Source: Hyaloraphidium curvatum SAG 235-1 (lineage: Eukaryota > Fungi > Monoblepharomycota). Taken from it: a DNA stretch of 64,000 nucleotides. The translations under genes were made by a program, and so were the position numbers. A model generated the notes under the pieces. That model did not search any database, had not been told where the DNA came from, and saw only the letters and a program-made list of their open reading frames with translations. The stretch covers positions 558,001 to 622,000 of the forward strand of contig JAIVFI010000002.1 of NCBI GenBank assembly GCA_025558095.1, read 5' to 3'. Shown here piece by piece: positions 37,201-50,000 of the stretch (its first letter is position 1; the number at the start of each line of letters is the position of its first letter).

Positions 37201-40200
37201 CCTCGGGTTGCGGCCCCAACGTGTTGCGCGGGCACGCACTGCCACAAGCGAAGTTTGATCCTCCTCGAGGGAATGCAGACTGTGAAGTGCGTGAGCTGCG
37301 ATGGCCGCATGCACTACGAGTGCGGTGTTCCAAACATGGACGACAAAGACGGCGTGCACACGATGGACTACTCCGACAACTGGCGGTGCTCTAACTGCGT
37401 GGACTGGATGGGCGATCTTCTGGAGCGTGTTCTGGGCGAGACGAGGGAGACGGACGACTGGGCGAAGAAACGCTACACGAAGATCAAGCAGGACCTTTGG
37501 CACGCATTGCACCGGCTCCGAATCAAACGGAATCACCCGTTCGCTCTTGAACTGTTTCGTCGGCTGCGTGATGCTATACTTCTGTACCACAAAGGCATTT
37601 GGGAGGAAGTCGACGCTGTTACCCAGAAAAAGCTCGGGGTTCCGCTTCAACTGCTCCTGAGGGCTAATCCGCGTTGGGTAAACGCCGAGTGCCGCGCATT
37701 GCTCCGCCGCCGGCAATCATGGTGCGGAACCTTCAGCTCGTCCGGGAGGAATTCCGGACGAACAATAGGACCCGCTCACAGGGGAGGAGCTTCTGACGCC
37801 GCAGGGGCTCGAGGACTTCGAACGCCTTATCCGGCTGGCTGCGACCGGCTACCTCTCGGACAATCCAGATGTACTGCTGTACCAGGAGATGGGGCGCGAC
37901 CGACAGACTTTTTGATGCGGTACCGCTGCTTCTGCGGAACGAACTTCACGGAAGGCGGCAGGCACCGCAAAAAAAACCAGCGCGAATCGTCGTGGAACAT
38001 GGGCATCATGTTCGCCGACCTCTTGGATTTGGAGTCGACATTCATACACAACATTGAAGCGAGCATCCGGACCGTTGAGGGCTTCAAGGACGTCGGCCAT
38101 CGAGCTTATTACCTTCTGGACCTCACTAACGCGCTTTCGGAGGATGTATGCGGCGTTACACCGTTTCCGTGGTATTCGGGATGCCGAGCATTTGGAGATA
38201 CCGGCGAAGTCTTTGGAATCTAACCTGTTGTGGTTCCTCCTGGCTTCCCAAGGGAGCCCGTCTCGTGGGAGCACTCTCAGGAGCTCGTGAAAGCGAAGAA
38301 GATGACGAAGGACATGGCGTATCTCGCATTCAAGCAGCAGATCATCCAGCTTCGACAGTTCCCATGATGGCACGCTTAAGAAGCTCATCGGAGACGTTGC
38401 TTTCCTCAAGAAGGACCGATGTGGCCGCTCTGTTCCTGATAATGAGGCCATTGCCAAGGCGATGTGTTTGCCAGAGGCGGCCGCCGACAAGCCCGACGGC
38501 CGCAATGTGTTCCGCATGACTCCTTCCATGGTTGAAGCCCACCGCACCGGACCGTATGCCCGTGCACGGAATCGGGGAGCGGCCGCTGCAGGGCAGCAGG
38601 AGAAGCTCGCGGGCCTGGAGACATTTTTGTTGCAACAGCGGACCGATGATCTGCCGGAGCTGTTGAAGTGTTACGACGATTTGGTCTCTCAGACCACTGG
38701 TGCGAAGCAAGCGACGGACGATGCAGCATCCGATGTCGAGGACCCGGTTGAGTACGATCCATGGCCCGATCTCGACACGGACGTCTCGGTGCAAGCACCA
38801 GCGCTGGTGGCCCCTGCGGCACCGGTGCAGACTGGCCAGGAACCTGCTTATCCATCAAGCACGGCACTGGACTCGTTGCCTGAGACCGGGACGCCGACGG
38901 ATTCTGCCGCGGGTGGAGCTGTGCTGAAGATCAAGCCACTGGGCCTTACTTCGACCGGCGCGCTTGACGGCGTGAGCAACGCTGGCTTCGACCACCCCAA
39001 ACCGCTTGCACACCGGGCAGACGTTCGCTGCGGAACCTGCAATCATCCTCGCTGACCCGGAACGGCCGATCCTTTGCGATGCGTCCTCGTGACGGGCAAC
39101 TACAGACCACGGAACTCTAGGACATGCTTTGTGGACACGTGCCCTGGATACGACGGCAAGACACGCTGCACGACACCCGAAACGGATCGTCTGAGCTCAA
39201 ACCCGTACTTCAGACGCACGCAACGGCGCGATGCCTTTCTGCGGCGCGACACGCTGAAGCGCAAGGCTGATGATTTGACATCTTCCGTAGACTCTGCTGT
39301 ACCCGGATCCGTACAAGCCATGGACTCCGCGATCGGTGGAAAGTTCTCGCAAAGAATTGGCGATCATTCTCACGGCTTGCGAGCGGATGCAGCAGTGGCC
39401 ATGGACGTGGACATTCGGCGAGCAACGCCTCCTCGGAAGCTGTTTTCTTGGGGCCACGGAATAACCGCAAACTGTCTTGTTGGGCCGACGCCCCTGTCGC
39501 CATTCTTCTCTTCTGGATTGCTCATTCCAACGCTGATTTTGAGCAACTCCTCGAGCACCATTCAGTCTTGCAGTTTCTTCTTCAGCCAACTGGATTGAGA
39601 CCACCGCCGTGGGATCCAAACGTTGTCACTGCGGTCCGCGATTCGTGGTTTGAGGTTCTGCAGGCCAGCGTTCCCGATTTCTTTCAGGTGAACCGGATGG
39701 CATCTGCTGGAGACGGCCTGCAGGACATCTTGAAGCCCACAACTTTGGGTGATGCTCAGATTCAGTGCTACATGATGCCCGTCTGCGAAGCCTGCACCCT
39801 TGGCACTGTGGGACGTTACCAAGTGCTCCCTGTTCCTGGACCCGTCATTCTTTGCGGTGTTTCTCAGCTAACCAAACAGCTTTGATACGGGAGGCGGATG
39901 GCACCGTCCCTCTGTGGCCTTGGGCTTTGGCATCTGTGGCGGGATTCAACCCCATTCAACGCAAGCGTCCGTGGCGGCTCGGCTGCAACAGCGCATTGGT
40001 TGAAACCAATGTGGTCGTCGCTGGCGAGCTTCCCTTTGGATTGATTGCTGTCGCGTTGTTCCAACGGAGCATGCGATTACGCTGTCCAGCATACCCTATG
40101 CTATGTCGCTGCCGGCACTTGATCACGATGGAGAGATGTTCATGGAGCAGAGGTTCCGCTTGATTGGCTGCATATACGGCGGCGACGGACACTTTGTTGT

Positions 40201-40489
40201 TCGTGTTGTGAGGAGTTCGGACCTTCAGGTGTTCGAGCATAATGGTCTGGGGTCAACTCCAGGCTCGTACGTGCCGATGAACACGAGATGGACAGATATG
40301 ACAGCGCGTGACAGAGGCTGGGCCGGCTCGAGAAAGATTAACGTTGTAATCTATGCTCGGGATCCACCTTGGCCTGTCAAATTTCCAACGCTTGTACCCT
40401 GGTCAAACACCTTTGCTCGCCATCGGAAAGAGGCAGAGGCAGAGGGCACCTACTCGGGGATCCCTCTTCGGTGTTTCTGCATCCTTTGA
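34300..40489 (+). mobile_element. Large decayed DNA transposon: DUF6729-type transposase with inserted WRN-like 3'-5' exonuclease and PHD finger, C-terminal papain-like peptidase
   Basis: LPCPKC..YRHKC..VLVQLP; ADTTFK; GVDSEW..DLGKLA..GLQKLA..YVAADV; C..C..H..C..WRCSNC; KQDLWHALHR; YRCFCGTNFTEGGRH; N..SCWAD and GHFV..V..HNG. Many stops and frameshifts; ends not defined. Confidence 0.65.
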
Positions 40490-40584
40490 TTCATGTTCCC
40501 CTAAATCGCGGCGTTTGGACCCCTTTCCTCCGCTCCTCCGCCGCCCGTCCGCGTAAGCCCGGGATTATTATTGTCTCTATATGA

Positions 40585-42258
40585 ATGCGGTGTTCGCGTG
40601 ACTGGCGGCTCGCTTTTGTGGTGGGCGCGCTCGCGGGGTTCCTCCTGTCGCCCGACAGCCCCGCGTGCGCAGTGGGCCCTGCCGGCCACTTGGCCGCGTC
40701 GACGCACACCGCTAGTATCGCGGCCCGCGTGGCGACCGCCGCCCAGGCGAAGGCCGCGGTGGCGAACGCTGTGCGCCGTTTTGAGGAGGACGGAGAGATC
40801 CTCGCGCCGCTCGCGGTCATCGAGTCCGCCGCCGCCTTCAGCGTCGGCCAGGCCTGGCATCGGGAACGGCTCGCGCGCCTGGCCGGCCTGCTAAGCTACG
40901 GCTGGGTCGAGCTGCCCAACCGCGGCCCGCGCCCGAGATACCCGCGCTCGCGTGGTGTGCTCTATTGCCTTATCGCGTCAATGCCCTGGCAGACCGATGG
41001 CTACTCGACGCGGTCGCAGCATGTCGCCGCTGGCCTGCGTGCCCACGGCTGGAACTTGACCGCCGTCACCCTACCCGGCTTCCCTTTCAATTTCGCTGGG
41101 CCGATCGTCGACATCCCCTTCGACCGGACAGCCGCCACCTTTTCGCATGAAGTCGAGGGCGTGCCCTACCGCGCCTCCGACGGCCCACTCCCCGGCTCGC
41201 TGTTCGCCGACTCGCTACTGGCGTCGCACGCAGACCACTTCTATCGCGAGGCCAAGCGCGTCCGCGCATCTCTGATCGTCGCCACCTCGCCTCAGGAGGT
41301 CGCGCTGCCCGCCCTGGCAGCAGCCCGTAGGCTCGGCGTGCCGTTCGTTTACGAGGTGCGCTACTTTGCCGAGATCACGCGCGGGTCGCTGGAACCCCGC
41401 TGGATGGACTCGGACGAACGTCGGATGGCCACAGTTCTGGAAACGCAGGTCTCGAGGGGCGCGGATCTCGTCGGCACGCTGACCTCCGAGATGGCCTCGG
41501 AGCTCTCCAAGCGCGGCGTAGCCCGCGAGAGGCTGGTGCTGGTACCCAACGCTGCAGACGCTTCGCGCTTCCAGCCCCGCCCGCAGGACCCGGCGATTCA
41601 CGCCCGCCTGGACTTGTCCACCGACGCTGCGGTTGTCGGCTTCGCAGGAACCGTCACGGGCTACGAAGGGCTTGAACTGCTCGTTGAAGCCGTCGCGCAG
41701 CTCGCCAAGGACGGCGTCCCCCTCTTCCTCCTTGTCGTCGGCGACGGCATTCTTCTCCCTGCTGTCCGCGCCCGCGCCGAAGCGCTCGGCATTGCCGACC
41801 GGTGCCGCTTCCCCGGCCGCGTGCCCCACGACTTAGTCCCGGATTACCTGGCCGTCATGGATGTGGTCGCCGTCGTCCGCCCGTCGATGCCCGTGACGGA
41901 GCTCGTCTCGGCAGTCAAGCCGCTTGAGGCCATGGCGATGGGGCGCGCACTCCTCCTATCAGACGTGGCGCCGCACAGGACGATGGCGGAAGGGGGAAGG
42001 GCGGCTCTGTTCCGGAAGGGAGATGCAACATCGCTCGTGGAGGAGCTGAAAAGGCTGGTGGAGGACCCGGACGAAAGGGAGCGGATGGGGAGAAAGGCCA
42101 GGGAGTGGGTGGAGAGGGAGAGGAACTGGGCAGCCGTAACCGGGCGGTATTCCGACGCGCTTAAAGCGCTGCTTGACAAGGATGCTACCGGAGAAGGCCG
42201 ACGGGATCAATTGCCCACGGATGTTTCAGGACAAGCTCTTGACCGTCGGCGCTGGTAA
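40585..42258 (+). CDS. GT4-family glycosyltransferase, bacterial-like, intronless, N-terminal hydrophobic segment
   Basis: [59 protein letters not shown]. Confidence 0.9.
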   Translation: MRCSRDWRLAFVVGALAGFLLSPDSPACAVGPAGHLAASTHTASIAARVATAAQAKAAVANAVRRFEEDGEILAPLAVIESAAAFSVGQAWHRERLARLAGLLSYGWVELPNRGPRPRYPRSRGVLYCLIASMPWQTDGYSTRSQHVAAGLRAHGWNLTAVTLPGFPFNFAGPIVDIPFDRTAATFSHEVEGVPYRASDGPLPGSLFADSLLASHADHFYREAKRVRASLIVATSPQEVALPALAAARRLGVPFVYEVRYFAEITRGSLEPRWMDSDERRMATVLETQVSRGADLVGTLTSEMASELSKRGVARERLVLVPNAADASRFQPRPQDPAIHARLDLSTDAAVVGFAGTVTGYEGLELLVEAVAQLAKDGVPLFLLVVGDGILLPAVRARAEALGIADRCRFPGRVPHDLVPDYLAVMDVVAVVRPSMPVTELVSAVKPLEAMAMGRALLLSDVAPHRTMAEGGRAALFRKGDATSLVEELKRLVEDPDERERMGRKAREWVERERNWAAVTGRYSDALKALLDKDATGEGRRDQLPTDVSGQALDRRRW

Positions 42259-42795
42259 AGCTGCTTGGTGAGCACGCAAGGCACGTCGGCGGCGGCGGCG
42301 GCATCCGCCATAAAACACAGTCACACGGACCCCGCCAGCTTGCCAGGCAGCATGGCGAGGTTGGGCTCCACAGCCAAACCAGGCAGCCCAGGCCAGCAGC
42401 TTTCATCGCAACCTCGACAGTGGGGCTGACGCGCCCGGATCCGCCTTGTAAGCAAGGCCCAACACGGCGACAGACACATCGGACATGCCCCTGGAGGGGT
42501 CCAAGGAGAGCACCTGCAAAACGGCCTCGCGGACCTGCGCAAAGACCCCATTCCGTCTTGGCGTCGTTGACTTCCCGCGCGGTACGGATGAGCCTGGCCT
42601 CATCCGGGCAGCTCTCCAACTGGAACCACGGATCCACAGGAAGACAACGGCCCCCCACACCCGGGCCGCGGCTGAGGATGTCGACCGGCGGATGCAGGTT
42701 GGCCAGCCGGATCGCCTCCGACGCGTCGACGCCGAGCTTGTCCGCCACGAGCGCAAGCTCGTTGGCAAGCGCGATGTTGACGTCCCGGTACTGTT
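42240..42795 (-). pseudogene. UDP-N-acetylhexosamine 6-dehydrogenase (WecC/WbpO-like) C-terminal fragment
   Basis: [50 protein letters not shown]. Frameshifted and 5'-truncated. Confidence 0.8.
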
Positions 42796-42809
42796 TTCCG
42801 CGAGCGCTG

Positions 42810-43450
42810 CACCCCAAAGGAGAGCTTGTTAGCGACACCTTTCAGGAGCATCGTACATTCGACCTCGGGGGTGGAATGCTCATGCTTCGTCAAGCGTGGA
42901 AGAGTCTCGCATCTGTATGGACTGTCCTCCTGGACTTCTCCCCTTTCACATTTACCCAGAGCCCAACATGACATGCCACAGTGGAGTCATAGGTGACAGA
43001 ACGAACATATCGGTTGGTCAGCATGTTCATGCCGCCCCGAAATGCCCGGAATCTTGCATGCAAAGGCGTCCCACCCACAATGTAGCCACACAATCCGGTG
43101 TTGTTGAAGGAAGAATATGTCACGCAGAAGTTATGCCTTGAGGGTATCCAGCGGTTAACAAACTACCAGTTACCGACGTTCGCCCTAAGTGGCGCGAGTT
43201 TCTTATGGCGCCGACTCAAAGGTTGAGCTGAGTAGCGACATGGTTCAGGAGCATGGTGCACTCGACCTCGGGGGCGGCATTCTTATGCTGAAGTACATAT
43301 AAACAGTACCCAGGAGATGTCGTTCTGGACTGTGCAGCAAACATCCGGTCACCCGGGTTACTCTTTGCTGCTGCCGGTTACGAAACACATGCGTGCGAGC
43401 CGTAATCAGCCAAGTTCGAGCAATTCAATTGCAGCAGTCGCTTGAATGGG
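42810..43450 (+). pseudogene. FkbM methyltransferase remnants with a ~70-bp diverged internal duplication
   Basis: SD..QEH..FDLGGG.LML appears twice (about 42830 and 43233), then VVLDCAANI..LLFAAAGYETHACEP. Confidence 0.5.
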
Positions 43451-43685
43451 TTCCACGGGAAGACTATGTTTCTCTACAATCAGGTGGTTGTGGCCGAGTC
43501 AGGCTCGCACATGGTCAAGATCAACTGCCACCCCGCGGAAGATTGCAAAAAAACAGGTGTAATCAGTCTGGATGACTTTGTCACGTTAAGGTGAGCCCAG
43601 TCTTCTCAGGATGCTGGGCAATCCCTTGTTCCAGCCGCGGGTGATATCCATCGAGTTGTCGTGTACCCGCTGGGAAGCACGGTTT

Positions 43686-44988
43686 TCAATGGAGTGCATC
43701 GATGTGCTGGCGCTCATAACCGACACTGGATAAAAACTCGTGTCTCCTGAATCTGCGGTGCGGAACCTTACGTGTTTCATTGTAGACCACTACAGAGGTG
43801 TGCCTGTACATCCTACTAAGTTTTCCGAGGCTTTGAAGAGCGATTTCATGTTGCATCGAAGAAGGTTTAGCAGCCGGCGAGTCCGCGGTGCCTGAGGTAG
43901 GTGTCGTCGCTGCGAAGTGCCCCGCCAACCCCATCACGACCCTCTCGGGAAGCGCCGCCAGTTCCGTCCTGACGCCCCCAAGCTCGGTAGCGACGTTGCC
44001 AACGGCACCAGCAAGGCCGGAGACAGGGGCAGCCAGGACCTGCCCGGCAATGGCGGGAAGCCGGGCGTTGCGCTCGCGCTGGGTGGTCTGATCCTCGATC
44101 CCCTCCCAATGGTCGCGCACCTGCAGCATCCCCGGCAGCGGAAGGTCCGTTGTAGGATCCGCGACAAAGTACTGCCGCTGCACCGCCTGAAGGACTGTCC
44201 TGGCCACGCTTCCGACGTTCTTTGTTCGAGATGTGCGTGCCGAATCGCTGCACGACCGTCAGTCCGCTTGGGGACAAGCAACAAGGCCACCCACCGAAAT
44301 AACATTGTCTCCGTCAATGGTGCTGGTCTATGCCGTCGCGTACGTGAGCGTCCAGCTGCCCCACCGTGTTCGCAAGTTGTCGACGATGCTCTTGACGACC
44401 AGCGGGCGGAAATGGTTCTCCGGGGCGGCGATGCTGTCCTTCTCGTCGCCCTCGTCATCGGACGACGAGTCCGCAATGCCAAGTGTCCCCTTCAGCTGCG
44501 CCGCCGCCTGGCGCTTCGAATGGCCGTACCTTCTCGGTGCGCGGCCCTTCGCCGAGGGTTCGGGGCTCGGCGGCTTCGAGTTCTCGTCGTCCCGCCTGAA
44601 CTCCTCCTCGTCGTCAAAAGTGAGCCCGAGACTATCATCTAGCCCGGCCAGAAGGCCTCCCAAGTCCATATGAGCGGTCGGCGGGTTCGGTTCCGGTTCG
44701 GGCCCGGGGTCCCCACTTCCGCCCGCCGCGCCGGCGACGCGGTCTGTTCCGGCCCAGTATTCTGCATCCGGCCCCGCTTCCTGGCCGGGGCGGACATCGT
44801 ACGTATATGTGCCGACGGAATTGCGGCCCACAAGACTCGGAAGACTGGTCTTCGCGCGCCGATCGGTCGGATTGGTATGGGGAATGGGGATGAGCACCCG
44901 GCCATCGCCGGTCGTAACTCCGGCGGGCCCGGGTCTGGAGGCACGCGAGAAGATCGCGGTTGTCCTGCGCGATTTCGACGTCGCCATG
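43686..44988 (-). pseudogene. Hypothetical accessory gene remnant downstream of the YR
   Basis: ORFs 44328-45065 and 43686-44207 lie in the same frame, separated by stops. No family recognised. Confidence 0.3.
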
Positions 44989-45229
44989 TCGGCGGCAGTC
45001 ACTTGCAACCAGCTTGCCGAGATCAAGAAGGGGCACCAGGGCGGGAAGAGGGCATTGGTGTTCAATCAGGAGCGGCTCTGGAAGATGTGGAAGGAGTCTG
45101 GGATGGAGCTCGACGATTCCTTGGCGCAGGAGAAGTTTTGCGAATCTGAAGACCGTGAACGCCTTAAACAACGTGGACAGGCAAAAGCGGTCATATAAGG
45201 AGGAACAGGGAGAGTAGAATGTTACTGTG

Positions 45230-45931
45230 CTAGCGAATGGGGAACCAATACACTCGTTTCAAAGTCTTGTCGAAGTTGTTTAGGAGCCTGTTCCGCAGCA
45301 CTTCTAACCTACCCTCGTTGACGTAGATGTGGTAGACCTCCGATGCCCAGCGCCCGGCGCGCTTAACCTCGGTGTCGGGGGCATTCAAGATTGCTGCGAG
45401 CTTGGCCGCAGTGCCGCGCGGCGTGTGGGTCGTGCGCCGCTCCGCTCCTTCGGCACCGAAGGTGGCGATCATCGTCTGCGGCGATCAGAATCAGCAAGTG
45501 CGGAAGCAAGCAGGCTAGGCTTACGATAGAGAAGTCCGCGCTTACGTTCTCCTTGGTCATGCGCTGCCCGGTCGACGTGCCATCCGTCGAGAAGTGAGGA
45601 AAGAGCGGCCCCGACTGCAAGTTGGCCACGGAGATGTAGAACTGCAACCAGAAGACAGGGCAGAGCCGAACGTCACGGAAGTTGCGGATGACGCTGAAGA
45701 TGCAAGGACCGGGCTCGCCCTTTGACTTCCAGAGGAAGATCCGGAGCATGCGCGGGATGCCGTCCTCGTCCACGCACGGCTGGCCGTCGTTGCTCTCCGC
45801 CACCCCAATATCCGAGACGTCCGGCCGCGTGACATCGATGCGCCTGCAATAGGAAGCTCGTTCAGGGCGCGCGGAGGATGGGGAACGGGCCGCGGACTTG
45901 CCTCGCAAAAATGGTCTGCATCAGCAAAACC
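45230..45931 (-). pseudogene. Crypton-like tyrosine recombinase catalytic domain, interrupted by a Harbinger insertion
   Basis: MVLLMQTIFAR|RID (GC-AG intron), WKSKG, DVRLCPVFWL, GPLFP, THTPRGTAA, AGRWASEVYHIY. Confidence 0.8.
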
Positions 45932-45934
45932 ATT

Positions 45935-47311
45935 GGATGACTTCCAAAACCCTATTTGGTGTCCGCTAGCGCGTGGGGCAAACACCAAACCAAACGTCGG
46001 GGCAACCGCCCAATTTGCGCAGACACCAAACCCGTCTGGACAACCGGTCCGCCGGGCAAAACACAAACACCAAATCACTTCGACGTCCTCTCCACGCGCG
46101 CTGTGGGCCGGGATCGGCTCGAGACTTCGCAGGGACCAGCAGGTCGCGTCGCCGAATGCTCTATGAGCTTCCATGCCCCGTCCTGAATTCTGGCGATCCA
46201 CCCTGTCAGCACACCATGGCGCGGACCAAGGAGGGCGAGAGAAAGAAAAGGAAGGCTAGGAAAGAGGCCAAGAAGAAGGTGGAAGCGAGCAAGAAGACGC
46301 GGGGGAAGACCATGAAGGACTACGAGATCAGCAGTAAGTTGGTCTAGCCTTTCCCCCGCAGGACAGCATCTGACCCTTCTCCCCAAGTCATGCTTGATTG
46401 TATCGAAGAAGAGTTACCTTCTGGCATCGAAGAATGGAAAATTGCTCTCGCAAAGCACAATGCTCGGATGGGGGAAGGCTATGAGCGCCAAGTGGAGACA
46501 ATCCGGCGCAAGTACAACGAACTCAAAGGCGCGAAGAAGCCGACCGGTAAGCGTCTTTTTGCCGTTGCTTTTGGCACCGATCTGATGTGGGTTACCATGG
46601 CAGGAAATAAGCCGATGCCGCCCAACGTGGAGCGGGCCAAGCGGATCCACTCAAGCTGCTGCGCCTTTGAAGGCCACGTGATTGCAGCGGATTCAACGTG
46701 CTCCAGGGCCTCGTAAAGAGCGCGCTCAGCATTGTCCAGGACCCGGGAATTGGTGGCCGGGGGAACGCCGAACTTCGTGCACAACTCCTTCCGCTCCCCC
46801 CGGCTCGAGTAGAAGCAGAGCAAAAGAGCCAAAACTGCCGCTTTGTCCGGTAGCTTCGGAGGCCGGCCCGGCTTCCCGTCTCCAGACTTTACGACGTACG
46901 CGCCGTCGAACGCAACAAGAAGCTCCTCGAACGCGGCTCGGTTGAGACCGAGCTCGCTAACGAAGGCCGAATCCGACGCGTCGCGATAGAACTTCGGCCA
47001 CCACGAATGCGCCGGGTCCTCCAGGTCCGCTACCATCACGTAATTCCGGGTGCGGAGTGTCTGCCGCAGTCGGTACGCGAGCAGCACGCGCCGGGCCCGT
47101 TCGACTGCGCGTTGCTTCTCTTCCTCCTCCGCAACCGCGGCAAGCAATAGAAACACGCTGAAGTCGTCCTCCATGGCTGTACGGCGTCCGGGACGGGACG
47201 GGGCAAACAGGTTTCGGAAGTCAACTGTTTGGTGCGCGGTCAAAGTTGGGGTTAAACGCCGGGGCAAACTAAATTGGTTAGCGCACCAAAATGCGCTTTT
47301 GGAAGTCATCC
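45935..47311. mobile_element. Internally deleted PIF/Harbinger element
   Basis: TIR GGATGACTTCCAAAA at both ends, flanked by an ATT duplication (45932-45934, 47312-47314). Convergent Myb/SANT-like ORF (46216-46716 +) and transposase N-terminus (HTH, FGVPPAT.SR, ITWPS; -), both truncated. Confidence 0.85.
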
Positions 47312-47523
47312 ATTACCTAGCAAGGGGTGGGCACTCGCAAAACATCAACCCGCTCCCGGCGCTCACCACACGCGCAAAACACGTCCACTCCCCTCAGAAC
47401 CTCGTCGATGGCAGCGCATAATGGCCTTGAAACCGCTCTGGGGGCGGTTGGTTTGATGCCGTCGCGGACGGCGGCGCTATGGGATGAAAACCCTGCGTGA
47501 CCGGCCCTCGGCCCGAAACGTGC

Positions 47524-47606
47524 AAGATTGGGGATTGGAGCCGGATTGGAGCCGGATTGGGCCGGATTGCCAGATTGCCGGATTGCCGGCCGATTTGGCC
47601 TGGATT
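47524..47606. repeat. Short (GCC)GGATTG-based tandem repeats
   Basis: GGATTGGAGCC x2, GGATTGGGCC and GGATTGCC variants. Confidence 0.7.
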
Positions 47607-48370
47607 AAAGGACTGGAGCGGGACTGGAGACCCGCGGCGTGTTTGAAAGCTTCTACTTTCTGGCCTACTGCTTCAAGGTCTTCCAGGTGGGTACCCACGT
47701 GACATCGGCCCTTGCCGGAGCCGCTCTCCAGCCTCTGAACAGCGTCTCGATCTCCTTCTTCAGCTCCGCATTGAGTTGCACGTAATCTTCGAGACCGACG
47801 CATCTCGGGGCCCCACCTTCTTCTTCCCTTTCCCCTTTCTCTTGCGCGGTGCTGGGGCATCCGCCGGCGCAAGCTCCTTGACCACGGCGGTCTCAAGAAC
47901 GCAGATCAAAGATGATGACTTGGCCCTGAGAAGTGTCTTCTGGAACCGGTGGCGATACGACTTGCCCGTCGGTGGGTCCGTAAACACGGCCCGGAACTGC
48001 GCGTCCCGGTCGCTTTTGGATCCTGCTTCGGGGTATTCTCCTTCCCGTTGCCCATGGTTTCGGGCGATTCAGAGAGGAGCAATGTTTGGTCGGGCGCGAC
48101 TCCTGCGCGACTCTGACCATTAGCGATCTCTTTGGTCCTTCACGGCGTGCAAACGCGCCATGCTGTCTCATTTGGAATCAATCTCCACGGTTCATGATGG
48201 CAGCGACACCGTGACCGGGGACTGGGACCCCCTGGAGAGCTCGCTGGGGATCCGCGATCCGACGCGCGGACCTCCGACCGATTCCCTATTCGAGCCGGGC
48301 CCGCCGACGCCACCACCGTGGAGGTGCATGGACGAGTTCAACAGGATTCGGATGCAGCTCTTACAACGCG

Positions 48371-49183
48371 ATGGAGCGAGAAGGAGCCATTGCGGACGAG
48401 GAGGAGCTCTGGGACGAGGCCCACTTGGCGACGCGTCCCATGATGGAGGATTCCATGGACACGGAGGATGAGCTGTCTTTGCCGCTGAGTCTGGACAATG
48501 AGGAAGAGCAGTCTTTGGCGCTGAGTCCGTCAGCGACGCTCCTGCGGGTCTCTCCGAAGGCTCGCTCGCCTTCGCCCTCTGGTCAGCGTGCCCGGTCTTT
48601 GTCGCCTACGGAAGATCCCATGCATGAGGAATGGCGATCTGGTGGCCAGAGGAGTCGCTCATTCTCGCCGTTGGGAAACCCGGAGAACACTGCAGAGTGC
48701 CAGAGTTTCCACTGGAAGGTGGATCGCATGTTCGACGGCACCGATACGCCCAAGGAGCTCCACTATTTCGAATCTCCGTCGGCCTCGCCTTCCTCTCGAT
48801 CCCCAACGTTGACTCCCGAGATGCGGGATGGCCTTCCGCTGAGCTGGGTGACGTACTCCCAGGTAACACCGGTCTCCAGAGTGGTTCGTTCCTCCGCGGT
48901 TTCAAGCGCCGGCAAGACGGAACCCTGGAAAGAACCGGAGGAGGTTGATGCTAGAGAGCTGTACGATTGGATTGCTCCGAACGGAAAAGACCGCCTGGCG
49001 CCGTCGGGCACACCGCGAAGCTGCTCCAACGCGCTGGAGAGATGTCTGCCAAGCGATGCCGGATTGCTTCCTAGCTCGACCATCCACGTGGCCTTCGATG
49101 CGGTCTCTCGCTGGACTGGACTCTATGGTGTTTGGTCGATACTGGATGCTGCGAAGCCGGTCATTCGCACTGAAGGTGTCTGA
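48371..49183 (+). CDS. Hypothetical S/P/E-rich protein or remnant
   Basis: 270-aa ORF; no domain recognised. Confidence 0.3.
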   Translation: MEREGAIADEEELWDEAHLATRPMMEDSMDTEDELSLPLSLDNEEEQSLALSPSATLLRVSPKARSPSPSGQRARSLSPTEDPMHEEWRSGGQRSRSFSPLGNPENTAECQSFHWKVDRMFDGTDTPKELHYFESPSASPSSRSPTLTPEMRDGLPLSWVTYSQVTPVSRVVRSSAVSSAGKTEPWKEPEEVDARELYDWIAPNGKDRLAPSGTPRSCSNALERCLPSDAGLLPSSTIHVAFDAVSRWTGLYGVWSILDAAKPVIRTEGV

Positions 49184-49787
49184 CAGATTGCGGAGGAGAG
49201 GAACCTTCAGCGTCCCGTTCGTCCCACTGCTTGCGGGACTCCTTCAACCCTCTGACCCCACTCTCCAACAGCGGGTCGACCGCCGCCGTATCCAGCACGA
49301 CCGTCAGACTCCACAGAATTCTTCGTCCACATCGCCAAAACGCTGATCCAGTACGTCACCAGGCCCGCAAACACCCTGGCCGCGTTCTCGGCCATCAGCA
49401 GCACCAATGCGGACTGGAACAGCATGCAAACGGGGCCGGCGAAGCCGAGGACGCGCATGAGCATGAGGAGGTCGATGTTCAACGTCTGGTTCGTCGTCCG
49501 CAGTGGGTAGCAAAGGCAGGAGCAGGTTGGGCGGGGTTGCTGGTTCGGGAGGTGAGCGGCGGGAGGGTGAAAGGTGGGCAGCGGGGGATGCTGCGTGGCC
49601 GGGTGATCCTGGCCCACGGGTTCCTCGTCCGCCCAGCGGGTTGCTCGACGGGCGACGGGTTGCCGCTGTTCGGGTGCCCCTCTCCTACGCAATCTGTCAG
49701 ACACCTTCAGTGCGAATGACCGGCTTCGCAGCATCCAGTATCGACCAAACACCATAGAGTCCAGTCCAGCGAGAGACCGCATCGAAG
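49093..49787. repeat. 109-bp near-perfect inverted repeat (49093-49201 / 49679-49787) around a 477-bp spacer
   Basis: One mismatch seen; no TSD. Confidence 0.9.
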
Positions 49788-49794
49788 TGCGGAA

Positions 49795-49939
49795 CCGGGG
49801 CCAACCCCAAATGGACTGTGGTCCAAGCTTCTGCTGTGCGTTGCCGGGGCGGGCTTCCGATGCCGAGCGCCTTTTGAGGCCTTTTTCTGGGACACCAGCG
49901 GTGTGGGCAATCGTCGGCGACTTGTTGCTGCAAGGATTC
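49795..49939 (+). pseudogene. Diverged fragment paralogous to the N-terminus of the GT at 50554
   Basis: DAERLLRPFSGTPAVWAIVGDLLLQGF versus DAERFLRLFPGTPAAWAMTDDFLQQGF. Confidence 0.75.
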
Positions 49940-50000
49940 GCGTCGGAGCACGCCCCTGGCCTTCGTGATGGAGCTGCGGGTCCCGCTTGAGGATGTGGGC

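Noticed and set aside
47524-47606. Possible CRISPR-like array
   Set aside because: No unique spacers; simple degenerate tandem repeats in a eukaryotic context.
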